This document shows, one piece after another, positions 42,159 through 55,278 of a DNA stretch of 64,000 bases. This stretch comes from Podarcis erhardii (taxonomy: Eukaryota). The stretch lies in NCBI GenBank assembly GCA_964252035.1, contig OZ176200.1; one strand, written 5' to 3'. The notes under the pieces are model-generated. The model worked only from the letters and a program-made list of their open reading frames with translations. It was not told where the DNA came from and did not search any database. How positions within the stretch are numbered: the stretch's first letter is position 1; every line of letters begins with the position of its first letter. A program made the position numbers and the translations under genes.

Positions 42159-43269
42159 TAGTAAATTAGCATGCTCTTCATACTTTATTTTTGGGGTAGG
42201 TAGAAGGGAGAATTGATGATGAATAGATCTCTGGGCAGCTCTGAATTTTAGTTGTTTCTCAATAGCAATGAATAAAGCTTAGAAGAAAAACCAGAAATGC
42301 TTGTGTGTGCAAGAGAGGTAGAACCTGCAAGCTGGAAATCTGCCTACCCCTGCTTTAGTTAACACCAAAGAGCAATACTTCTCACCAGAAGCAGCTTGCT
42401 GAGTGGGGGCACAGCCACTATGTAAGCTTCCCTGACAGGAGAATCATTATCGCTTACCAGGAGGAGGGACAGGGAAAGGACTGAAGCAGCCGGAAGTAGG
42501 TGTGGTGCAGATGCATCAGCAGGGCTAACCTGGTGTTTCTGTCAGTGAGTTTGCACTGCATCAACCTTCCTGCCACCTTGGCCCTCTCCTTTCTGGTAGA
42601 CAATAGCAACCCATCTGCCAGGAAGCTAGTACAGCACCTCTGACCCACCTGGCAAACCACTTCCCCTCCCCTTGTGGGTTACTGATATTGGGACTCCTGG
42701 AGATCTTGTTTGGCTGATCTCTAGGCATCTAAGATCCACTTGGCGTTTCAAGCCTGTCTTTCTAGTCATTAGGGAATTGTTTTAATTTTAAAGAATCAAA
42801 GCTAAGATTTTCAGAGAGCTGTATTTTGTGTCCACTAGCACATACGGTGTTTGTGTTCTGTGCATGTGTTAAATTGTAGAGTGCAATCAATGCCCAAATG
42901 CCTAAAACAGCACCCAATTGCAGACAGATATTTTTTTTAAAAATGAACATCCTTGGAAAAATATGGAAGCTTACAATTCTCAGATAATTTATGCAGTCCC
43001 AAAATTGCCTGTTCTTAATCCAAGGCTTTCCCCATGGGTCAAACAAAATAAAGGCAGCCTGCAACAAATCTCTGTTAATGGTAAAATTTATTCACATTAA
43101 CTTAAGGATTGGGCTTGATTAAATTGTTATTAATTATTATTACTTTCTATTTATTAAATTTCCTTGGGAGAGCATTGCAACAGTGAGGAGCTACCACAAA
43201 AAAATGCCCGTTCTCATGTTGCCGCCCTCTAGACCTCTCATGGAGGAGGAACACAAAGATTACATGCAT

Positions 43270-43354
43270 TGACTAATATAAATGATGTAGATGATTTTAT
43301 TGAAATATGGCATTCTTTTATAAAATACTTTGCCGAGAACCCTGAAGAATGGTA
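43270..43354 (+). mobile_element. Possible L1 ORF2 C-terminal remnant
   Basis: Translates ...DDFIEIWHSFIKYFAENPEEW*, an L1-like W..F..Y ending; weak support. Confidence 0.3.
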
Positions 43355-43584
43355 ATTACCCAAATCACAGATTGGATTTGGGCAAATTTAACTAGATTAA
43401 TCCTTCCTCAAGTGAGGAGGAGGGCAAGTTGGAACCCCCCCCCCTTCTGTAATTGTTATATATTGGAAGTTAATGAAACTATTTTAGAAGGAAGAAAGGA
43501 TATGCTACTCTATCAAAACTTCCTCGAAACTCCTTACCTGTTGGTCTTTTGCTCATTTTTCCTGTGTTTTGGCACCCCCTTCAG

Positions 43585-43735
43585 GTAAAGAGGCAATGTT
43601 GCAGCAGAAGGATTATGAAACTGCCACCCTCTCAGAGATCAAAGCCCTGTTAAAGAAGCATGAGGCATTTGAAAGTGATCTTGCTGCTCATCAGGACCGT
43701 GTGGAACAGATTGCTGCTATTGCACAAGAACTCAA
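43585..43735 (+). CDS. ACTN1: ACTN1 exon 12 (151 nt): [20 protein letters not shown]...AIAQEL
   Basis: cccttcag|GTAAA...CTCAA|gtacga. Confidence 0.97.
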
Positions 43736-44185
43736 GTACGACTTTCGCCTAGCAAATGGGCTTCACCTTTTGACACATAACCAAACAGTGGCCTTTTCAA
43801 CAGTCAGCAAGCCTGGGACACCCTTTGAGCTCAAAGGCAAATCTAGTTCTTTTTAGACACAAGGACTATAGGGAAGCACTCTTATTTGAAAGAAAACATT
43901 GACAAGGATTAAAGCACAAAAAGAGGGGTGTAGGCTTGGTGAGGGGAGAAAGGGACCTCTTCACTATGACACCTAACAAAATGCAATAGGGGTTTAAACA
44001 ACTGATGTGCGTAGATTTCATTGATCCATATTTGAATACCTGCATCTATATGTTCATTTTGCCTGCAAGCTCAAGGCTTACCTGAGCCCGTAAGAGTTGT
44101 CATCCGTGTGCAGAGGCTATATGCCTCTGAAAACGAGTTGCTAGGTCAAGGTAGGACAGGGTGGGGGGGAAACAAGTGTGGGAGA

Positions 44186-44340
44186 CATAGCTGTCAACCT
44201 TCCCTTTTTTTGTGGGAAATTCCCTTATTCCAGCGCCGTTTCCCGCTGCTATCCCGGATTGTTAGATATCCCATAGACTGTCCCCGGGACAGGTGAGGCT
44301 GCTGATCCCTTATTTTCAAATCTGAAAGTTGACAGCTATG
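44186..44340. mobile_element. hAT MITE, 155 bp
   Basis: Perfect 13-bp TIR CATAGCTGTCAAC; 8-bp TSD GTGGGAGA (44178-85, 44341-48). Confidence 0.93.
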
Positions 44341-44487
44341 GTGGGAGACCACCTTTAGAATCAGGATACTGAACTAGATGGACCTTTGATCTGATCCAGC
44401 CAGGGCTCTATTCTTCATCTTTGTAACAGCATCAGCAGGTTATTCAGTTTCAACATGGTTGTTTTTTTTAAAAAAATAAATGAGTAG

Positions 44488-44706
<219 letters not shown>

Positions 44707-44769
44707 TGAGGGCAGAGTGGGGTGGCAGTTTCACTCAGTGAAGCCGACATCGCGGTCTGCTCCTCATAC

Positions 44770-44807
44770 CAGTCCTGGGCGATATATTGATATATCGCCC
44801 AGGCCTA
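44770..44807. repeat. 38-bp inverted repeat (TIR-only transposon remnant?)
   Basis: CCTGGGCGATATA-TTGA-TATATCGCCCAGG; arms extend to 17 bp with 2 mismatches. Confidence 0.6.
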
Positions 44808-45433
44808 CTCCCAATACCAACCTGCCAAGGTTTTGACATTAGCAGAGGGGGTCCTTCTTGTTGTTCCCATGGTGAGTGTTGCTTTCTGCATGAGGATGCA
44901 AGATATGGCCTTCTTGGTAGTGGTGCCAGGCTTACGATGGACCTGCTTTGTTTTATGCCTGGCACCACTACCAAGAAGGCCTAGTTTTAGATTTTATGAT
45001 GTTTTACAGTGGTTTATTCATTGCTTTTCAATGCTGTATCATAAATCAAATGATATTTTTTCATTGATTTTCCTGTTATTTTGATGGTTGGGAACTGCTT
45101 TGCGGTCAATTCTTTGATTTTTTTTTTTTAAAGCTTGGGAAAAAAAATCTGTAACTTGAAACTGCTTCCTAACTGTGGTTCTGTGGACTGTGGGAAGAGG
45201 GAAGGTGTACTGTTTTAAATGTCAATAATGTTAAGTCCTTTGCTTGGATTGCTTTGAGAAGAAGGGTGGCATATAAATTAGATAAATATAAACGTAAACC
45301 ACAGCTTCTTTAAAAAAAAGAAAACTAGGAGAAAAGACTGCGAGGAGTAACAAAAGAGGAAATGTCATTAGGACAGGGGGAGTGTGGGAGAAATTCAAGG
45401 TGCCTAACTTCTTTATCTGGGTGGATTTCCTAG

Positions 45434-45730
<297 letters not shown>

Positions 45731-46356
45731 TAAACTGGTGGGAAAGATTGGATGGTTCCCTCTGCCTGTTAGATATACAAACTGAAGCAAATGAAGTGAG
45801 AAAAGAGAAAAGGAAACACAAAAATCAAAAGTAACAAAGAGTCTTATGGCATCTTAAAGACTAACAAATGTATTATGGCAATAAGCTTTCACGGACCATA
45901 ATAAATGTGTTAGTTTTTAAGGTGCCACATGATTCTTTGATATTTTTGCTGCAATAGCACAACTACGCCTCAGGAAATTGTTACCAAAAAAAATAAAATT
46001 TCCCATACATTCCCATTTCCCAGGCCTATATCTATTATGTGTCTTGTTCCGAAAATAAACACTTTGTTCTCACCTAACCCTTTTGATTCAGTGATCAGGG
46101 CTGCATTAATTCCAGGTCTCAACAACTTAATGTGTTTTCTTCAGCATGGCAAAAAAAAAAACCTGGTGTATGTTTAGTAATGTGCAGCAAAAAGTGCCTC
46201 CTGAACACATAAAAAGTGCTTTTCTCACCTCTGGTTAGTCATAGCCATTCCCTATGCTAAGGATTGAGGAACTGTCCTGTCGTCCTTCAACAATTTTAAT
46301 AAATAATAAAATAAAAGTAATAAAATAACAGGCTTTGAAGATCAGCTGATATACTG

Positions 46357-46492
46357 CAGGAGTGGGGAGCCTTTGCCCTCCAGCTGTTGTGAGACTCCAG
46401 CTCCCATCAGCCCCAGCCAACATGGCCAGTGGTCAGGCTTGATGGGAGTTGTAGTCCAACAACATCTTGAGAGCCAGAGTTTGCCATCCCTT
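46357..46492. mobile_element. Diverged hAT MITE (same family as 25842)
   Basis: caggagtggggagcc...ccctccagctgttg...gatgggagttgtagtccaacaacatc...ccatccct; TSD not recovered. Confidence 0.7.
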
Positions 46493-47029
46493 TGGGCTTA
46501 TGCATCTTTCTCTTTAGAAAACAAGTATTCGGAACAGTTAAGTAAGTAATGCCTGCAGTAACTAAGCCAGCAGTCTCACACCAACATATGGAACAGGAAG
46601 CCATGTTGAAATCAGCAGGGCTTGCTTCTGAATAGACAGGTATAGATTTGGGCTCTGACTCAGTTTTCCTTTACCTTCCCCTATGCTAAAGCATCTACTA
46701 CCAAAGGGGAGCTTTCGCCATCCCTGCCTGCAACCCAGAAATGCCAGAGCCCAACCCCTAACTGATGTAAGAAAATGGCCTCCAAGAATACTAAAAAGGA
46801 AATGTGCTTTTGGCACTCTTGCCTTAAAATCTTTCCAGCATGTCCTTCAGTGGTCGTGCAGTAGGAAGTTTTAATTGCTGCACAATTTAATTTTCCACTG
46901 CTCCAGTGCAGTTCCCTGCCTTTATAATTCTCATTTGTAGAAAAGGGAATCTTTCCCTGACACTGTTTAAATTATTCCAATGTCCTGTTGCACACACAGA
47001 TTCTTCCATCCTGTGCTGGTGTTTTATAA

Positions 47030-47377
<348 letters not shown>

Positions 47378-47636
47378 TAAATCCCACTGAATTCAATGAA
47401 CCTCCTCCCAAGTAAGGGTGCATAGGATTGCAGCCTTAGTTGAAATTCTCATAGATGTGCAATGTAATATCTTGACTCTTGGTTTGCAGGCAAGTAATCC
47501 ACAGTGCAGATTATAAAAGGTAATTCTGAACTCAGTCTTATTCTTGTGCTGTAGGAAATAATTTCCGCCTGTGAAATATATATTTATTGAGCGGTCTGGT
47601 GACTTAAGTCACCAATGCTCCCACCAAGTAGAATTA

Positions 47637-49012
47637 CCGTATTTTTTGCTCTACAAGACTCACTTTTTCCCTCCTAAAAAGTAAGGGGAAATGTGTGTGC
47701 GTCTTTTCCACTAGGTGGCGCATCGGAAGATGGCTGACAATAACATCTCTCCGACCCACACGAGGTAATTTGGAGGCTATGATGGGGGTAATTAGCCTCC
47801 TTAACCCCCCCAGGATTGTGGGGGGGGGGACGGCCCTTGCCTGCTGTGCCCTATACCACCCCCGAATTTGTGGGGGTGGGGGCACTAGGCACAAAGCCCT
47901 CCTGTGGGATTCCGGCACTCCTGGACACCGTCCTTGATCCGCGCCGCTAGTTGCAAGAATCTTCAAAAGAAACAATTTGGACAAGATAAATTGCACATAC
48001 TTCAAGGAAAAAGGGGGAGTAAAGACTGCTGACAGAAGAGATCTCTGATAACAAGACAAGAATAAAATATGAGAAGATACGTCAAGATACGGTACGACAA
48101 ATGACTGAGGGGGGAGGGGGGAAAAACCTGCCTTTCCTTTTTTTTATGTGATTAAACAAGAATCCCCTCCCCTAACGAGTCAGAAATTAAGGACTTAAGC
48201 TGTGGATTTAAGGCTGTGTGGAGATAAACTTTCGAACCAAAGCAATGTTTCAAGACGAAGCTGGAAAGCTAAGAGTTTTGGAATGTCGCAGTTAAAAATG
48301 CTGTCGCCATTTTGGGAGGCATTGTTGGAGCTCTTGGGTCTGGGAGGAGAAAGAGAGAAATCAACTTCTCGGTGGGACTTAAGAGTGACAAATGCCTAAT
48401 TTATGATGGAAAGAGCGATGTTATCTACGAAGGAGCTATATGGAAACCATCTGGACTTAGTTTGGAGGAACGGGAAATCCACACAGGATTATTATATTTG
48501 CTTATCGGCTTAAGGAGACTAACAGAAGAGATCGTAAAGGAAAAAGAGAAATTATATGAACAAGATATGATGTGGAAACACCAAGATAAGACTGGATAGA
48601 ATTATGAACTTTGTTTGGACTGATTGGGACTGATTTGGACATTAACGCAGTAATAAGAAGATGATCTGAATCCCCCTTTGGATCTTGAAGTATGGGTTCC
48701 CCCAACAAAATTTAAAAATTTGGCTTTGTAATTTGGAATTTATGCGATGTGATTTAATTTGATGTGATTGGCCAGTTAATAAAAATTATTTTTTTTAAAA
48801 AAAGAAATGTGTGTGCGTCTTATGGAGCAAATGCAGGCTGCGCAGCTATCCCAGAAGCCAGAACAGCAAGAGGGATTGCTGTTTTCACTGCACAGTGATC
48901 CCTCTTGCTGTTCTGGCTTCTGAGATTCAGAATATTTTTTTTTCTTGTTTTCCTCCTCCAAAAACTAGGTGCGTCTTGTGATCTGGTGCATCTTATAGAG
49001 CGAAAAATACGG
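47637..49012. mobile_element. Tc1/mariner (Tc2-like) MITE, about 260 bp, split by a nested insertion
   Basis: TIR CCGTATTTTTYGCTCTAYAAGA (20/22 match); TA TSDs at 47635-36 and 49013-14. Confidence 0.9.
47706..48803 (+). mobile_element. 1098-bp non-autonomous retroposon (likely L1-mobilised)
   Basis: 18-bp TSD GAAATGTGTGTGCGTCTT (47688-47705, 48804-48821); AATAAA at 48778 plus an A/T-rich tail; no RT ORF. Confidence 0.85.
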
Positions 49013-49296
49013 TAATTTATTTGGAGCACTTGCAGAAATATTGGCATTCCATCTTGACTTTTGGATGATTTGCTGACATTTCCTACGTTGCGTCTCACCT
49101 ATAATAGATATGGAGGTGTTAATTTTCTTTTGTGGACATTAATCCACTTAAATGGAAATTTTTATTTTAATACCTACTTGTTCAGAAGAGGGCTGGATTT
49201 ATCCTTTTGAGTAACAGTGCACAGAACTTGGCTTCTCTGGCTTCAGAACACTTTGTGTTTATTAAGGCTTAACAGCAGTAAGCTCAATTTTTCTAA

Positions 49297-49464
<168 letters not shown>

Positions 49465-50816
49465 TAATACTTAAAACTGCTGTTTTTCTGTTGAAGAGCC
49501 TCCTAGTTGGGCATTGTCTTTTCATCCTTTCAGTGAAAAGGATTTGTGCTGAGAGACGTCACCACTCTCTTTGGCCTGGTTTGCACAGCATGAAAACCCA
49601 AACCATGGCTTACTTACTGGGACTTTGCAAACGTGCTAGCTTCCAGAACAAACCTTGGCTACAGACGGTGGCTAAGAAGGAGAGCGCTTAACCATGATCT
49701 TGGCTTAGCTGCAACACTGTGCTGAGCTAAAGGACTGGGGAAGAACAAAGCGGCTGCAATCTCCCCCCGCACCCCTGAGCCAGTATATCTGCGCTAAGCT
49801 TCACTTGCACAGTGGCCTTTCTTCCTCTCCTTACTAATCCTCATAAATACACATGTTCTTTGTTTAAGATACTCAATGGCCAGTGGTTACTTCTTATTTA
49901 AAAACCATTCATATACAAGAAATTATTGAGGGTGGCTTTCTATAATAAAATGCTAAATTAAGTAGGTACTAAATTAACTGAGATGTGCCTTAGGAATAGT
50001 TTGTGCTTTGCATTTTTTGTTTGCCTGTGCATGTTCCAGACTTGCACCATCTGAATTAGCTTCAGATTGGTTTTAAAACATACACCACAACTGACTGTAG
50101 CTTCAGACCACATTGTACGTGCAGCTGTGCATGCTTGTTTGCCTGTTATTTTTTAAACTTGCCTACAGTCTGAGTACATGCAGGGGCATCTGGTCACAAT
50201 CATAATACACATGGCTTTAAAACAATGTGTAGCTCCAGATCTGCTAGGCTCAGGTATAACTGATCTGTAATATGTACCCAATAAATGAAGCGAAGCCCTA
50301 ACTTAGGGCTCCTCCTGACTTCCTTTTGAGCCACGTTTCTAGGCACAGTGGATGGCTTTGAGGTTTTCTTCCTGGGCCAGATCATCTCCCCTCTTTGAAA
50401 TGGATCCAGTGGATCTATCACTGCCTACCCCCCCCCCTCGGCTCTGTCTCCATCCCACCCCTGTAATGCCTCATTTCAGAGCCCTATACTAGTTACCACT
50501 GGTTACTAGTTACACCAGCTTCCCAACAGCCTGTGCTTTAGCCATATTGAAGATTTCTGCAGTGGCCCCAGTCAGCGGAGGGACACCTCCACCTAAACCC
50601 ACCAGCAGCACTGAGCAAGGGATTAGGATAGTTTTGTAACTGTGCTAAAAAGGAAACAAATTTATCTTCTGAAAGCCCTTAACACAGCTGGGCAGGTCTT
50701 CAGTTGGTTTTAAATATTTAACTCAGTAGAGCTGCAGTGAATTATTCCAGTGACTTGGTTTTGTTTACCTGTTCTCTGAAAAACCTGCAAGCAAAGCTCT
50801 TTTCCCCTTGAGATGA

Positions 50817-51164
<348 letters not shown>

Positions 51165-51589
51165 TGAGCCACCCAACCCTGCTCTTGATTAAACTGATGT
51201 TGGGGAGAAGGGTGCTAAACTAGTAGCACTGACTAGCCATGCAGACGTGTACAGATATTGACATAAAGCACTTCTGGCTAAAGCCTTCATTTGTACAAAT
51301 GACAGAGAGGGTGACTGATTTAACGTTCAGTAGCACAGTCTGGGACCCCACTGGATTCACCTTTGCTTAAGACCCATAGTTTGCAGCCAAGATAGACTAT
51401 TTTGACTGTGAGGAATAAGGCCCTCACATAATGGGGACTGGCTAGCACATAAGGGATTACAGGTTTGAGGCAACAACCTTAAAAGTGTAGGAACAACACT
51501 GCAGACAAGTCTGAGGAGTCCATGCAAATGTGAGTGGGCAGTCGCTGGAGCTTGCTAGCTGGTAAGAATTACCTATTAAAGTAGATATC

Positions 51590-51681
51590 ATGACAATATA
51601 TTTTTTATATTGTGATTTTTTCTGTGAACTGCCCTGAGACCTCCGGGTATAGGGCGGTATATAAGTTCAATCAATCAATAA
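51590..51681 (+). mobile_element. L2-like 3' terminus
   Basis: gtgaactgccctgagacctccgggtatagggcggtatataagttcaatcaatcaataa. Confidence 0.7.
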
Positions 51682-52493
51682 GGAATTCTGTGTTAGAAGC
51701 AGTTTCTTATCAGCATTGTCTAAATGTGGGGTGGGAACTGGGGCTAGGGGCTGCATTGCTCCAGTGGAAAGCTCACCCCCGCACCAGCTCCTCAACTGAT
51801 CAATGCAGATCAGCTAGGAAGGATGATATTTCCATACCTACTGCAGTGCCAGGATGGGAATGAGAATCATTCTTTTTTCACTTCTCAGCTGATTGGCACA
51901 GACTATCTGAGGAGCATCCCCATTGCAGCCGGCTGGGTGGGGAGGTTTAAACCTCCAGTGCATGACAATAGGGATGAAAACTGCCTACCACTCCTTGGCT
52001 GGCCCACACATCAGCTGTGGGTGATGGTGGTTTTCTTCTCCATCACAGGGTGCCAGGCAGTTTAAACCTCTCTACCCAGGATACCTTGATCAGGAAGAAC
52101 AGCTGATTGGAGTGCTGAGGAGCAATAGGCAATTTTCATTCCCACGTAGAAGAAAAACCTTCCACCCAAAGTACCATTCGGTGGATGAAAATTATGCCCT
52201 CCCCACTTCTCCGATGGTCCACGCCAATGTGCACACACCTGGGGAAGCCAAGGGAGTGCTATGGATTGCATAGGAAGGTCTAGTGGGCTGGGTTAGGCCT
52301 ACCCTTGTTTTAAATGAAAACCTAGGTCAGCTTTCCCCAACCTGGAGCCCTCCAGATGTTTTGGACTACAACACCCATTATTTGCAACCAGCATCGCCAT
52401 GTGCTTCCTCTCCCTACTGAGCAGCACATTTTCCAAGTCTACAATCACTTTACTGCATTTTGACTAGTCTCCAGGTGCTGCTTCTCAACTTAA

Positions 52494-52706
<213 letters not shown>

Positions 52707-53263
52707 TAGTAGTGCCTGTAACTTCAGAGAGTTTCTCCATAGAAGCGAATGGAAACCAAGGCTCAGATTCTCCTTGTGAAACCGCAGCTCAAGTAAAACT
52801 TTTTAAAAATGTGGCAGAGTCCATTAACTTTAAAGCGTTTGGGGACTCAAAGGAAATGCTAACACAAATGTTTAAAAACCTTATCTCTTTGATTTTCAAA
52901 CCCTTCTCAGATTTAATAGAAATGGCCACATTAACCTAATGAGCCTCTGTGAGAGTAGCTAATGGTTGTGGGGTTGTTTGTTTGTTGAACTTGATTACAT
53001 GCCACTTCCTAGCAAAGCTCTTGTATGTTATCCATCCATTAGAAAATGTACAGTGATAACTCATTGCAGTACAAATATTCTACATGTGTAAGCTCACAGG
53101 TCAGGTATCGCTGTCAGTAAGCCTCTTGTTCAGGCCACACTGTTTGTGCTTCACGTTCTTCCTTCTGGATTGTTCTTAAGGTTTTTGCCTCAAAAAGACC
53201 GAGGCTAACCTTGCATGGAACAATCTTCAGCTCAAGCCACTGAATCCAGACAAAATACTGTTA

Positions 53264-53766
53264 CATAGGTGCCGACTCCATGGGGCCTGAGGGGGCCTGA
53301 GCCCCCTCAAAAATTCGTTTGGGGGGGCTCCGCCCCCCCCCCCAATAATTTAAGAAAATTATTAGTTATATTATGCTTTGTAAAATCACAAAATTATGTT
53401 GGTATTTTTTATTTTCCTTGTTTGACGATAGTTACCTTTTAAAATACATTCAGTAATGAGTTAAAACAAAGCCACTCCCGATCTAGAGAGGGGGTGGGGT
53501 TGCGGGCTCTCGACCCATCAACAATCTCGCGGGGCTGGCAGCGGGGATTCCCCCAGCTCATTAATATTCACTGCCCACGGCGGCAGCCAATCGGCTGCCG
53601 CAAAGGGCGGGCCCTCACAGGTTCACTTATGGTCGGGGCAGCCCGGGGCTCGCCCCTTTCCTTCCCCCAGCAGCAGCGGTTTGGAGGTCTTGGGCCCCCC
53701 CAATATTTTTTATAAGTCGGTATGGGCCCCCGCCCCCCCAATATTTTTTATAAGTCGGCGCCCCTG
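53264..53766. mobile_element. Non-autonomous hAT element, 503 bp
   Basis: 8-bp TSD TACTGTTA (53256-63, 53767-74); imperfect TIR CATAGGTGCCGACT / CAGGGGCGCCGACT. Confidence 0.88.
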
Positions 53767-54405
53767 TACTGTTATGTCAGCAACAGCACAAAGGAAGACA
53801 TCTGGCTGCACGGAATGGCTGTAGAAAATGTAGTCACTTCATGCGCTAATAGTGTGTAGCTTTTAGGCGTGCTCTGTCAAGTCCTCTATCTCACTCGCAT
53901 TTTAATATAGCTTATATTCACTATGTGAGTTGTTTTTGTTTGTTTTTTACAATTTAGAAAATACAAAGGCAATTTAATGTTGCGTCATATCTCTGGGTAA
54001 ACGTCTAAGTTAAAGACAAAGGTCTAGTTTTCAGTGCAGGGAGCATCAAGCAGGAGACTTGGTCCAAGTTCTGTTGCAAGGATAAACTTTTGGACTAAAA
54101 ATGGCTGCAGAGTTGGGGCCACTCTAAACTACATGAACTCAACATGTTCTTCTAAATCCAAGGCTCCTCTAAGTGCAAAGATGCTTCAGCAACAGGATAC
54201 TCCAAATGTGTCCAATGCTTCTCTGCAGTCCAGGTGGCTCAATAAATGTTTTCTTCTAAACTTGTTGAAGAAAATGTAATTGTTTCTAATGAAAAGCAGT
54301 CTTCAAAGCAAACATTTGTCCCTGGCATGGTCATATTTTGTGAGAAAGAAGTGCAAAAGAAAAAAAGAAAAGGCAGCATTAGCACAATACAAAATGTGAG
54401 CACAG

Positions 54406-54604
54406 TATCTAACCTTGTGCACTTTTTATTTCTTCCCCTGTTTTATTTCCTGCATGCCATTCTCCCCCAATCTCTCCCCACCTGCTGCATGGTGCACCTC
54501 CTCCTCCTCTCCTTGCCCCTTTCTTGTTCTCCTTCTCTTCTTCATCTTATGCCACCACCCCACTGGCACTGCATGCCCTGCTGGCTGGCACACTGCCTAA
54601 CCAG
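54406..54604 (+). promoter_or_regulatory. Exon 19a distant branch point, AG-exclusion zone and RBFOX motifs
   Basis: No AG in 54406-54602. TCTAAC at 54408-54413. TGCATG at 54451, 54486 and 54570. Confidence 0.75.
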
Positions 54605-54685
54605 GACCACTCCGGCACACTTGGCCCCGAGGAATTCAAAGCCTGCCTCATCAGCTTGGGTTACGATATTGGAAACGATGCACAG
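54605..54685 (+). CDS. ACTN1: ACTN1 exon 19a, non-muscle (NM) EF-hand exon (81 nt): [27 protein letters not shown]
   Basis: ctaaccag|GAC...CAG|gtactg. Matches the known Ca-sensitive NM exon. Confidence 0.96.
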
Positions 54686-54730
54686 GTACTGAATGCTAGC
54701 AAGGAACTCAGGCAAATATCAAACCATAAG

Positions 54731-55212
54731 GGAATAACATATTTCTCCCTTCTCTTCTTTTTTGTTTTAATCCGTCTTGTCAATGTTCTTATATTTTATT
54801 GTGCATATTTCTGCATACTATTGTATGTTCTGTCATAATTCCATTCTTTTCTTTATGCATTGTCAAATCAATTTTTCTCTTCTCGGTTACACATTCCATT
54901 TGCTTGATTCCCTAAAACTCTTCTTGCCTTCCTTTCTCTTCTCCATTTTTAAAAAAATTATCTTCCTATCGGTACCTTTTTCTTCTTGTTGTTGATCCTT
55001 AAACTTTCATCTGCTCCTTTATTTTCAATGGAATGAATCCATCTCTTTGTTTTCTTCAAATTATTTTCGTATATTCTTTTGTTGTTCAATATATCTCATC
55101 TTCCATTTTTCCTTCATGCAAATCCATTCTTTTAACACCTTCCGTGAGTTCATCTCTACTTTCTATTCCTCTCTTTTCCCTTTCATTCTACCATCCCTTT
55201 ATGACTGTGTAG
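54731..55212 (+). promoter_or_regulatory. Exon 19b extended polypyrimidine tract / AG-exclusion zone
   Basis: AG-free from 54731 to 55146 with many TCTT/CTCT (PTB-type) motifs; a single AG at 55147-55148. Confidence 0.75.
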
Positions 55213-55278
55213 AAGAAGACTGGCATGATGGATGCTGAAGATTTCCGCACCTGCCTTATCTCCATTGGTTACAATATG
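55213..55278 (+). CDS. ACTN1: ACTN1 exon 19b, smooth-muscle (SM) EF-hand exon (66 nt): KKTGMMDAEDFRTCLISIGYNM
   Basis: tgtgtag|AAG...ATG|gtaagg. Homologous to the mammalian SM exon (KKTGMMD...GYNM). Not in the ORF track in this frame. Confidence 0.94.

Noticed and set aside
47598-47613. Perfect 16-bp palindrome GGTGACTTAAGTCACC
   Set aside because: About one is expected by chance in 64 kb (64000/4^8).
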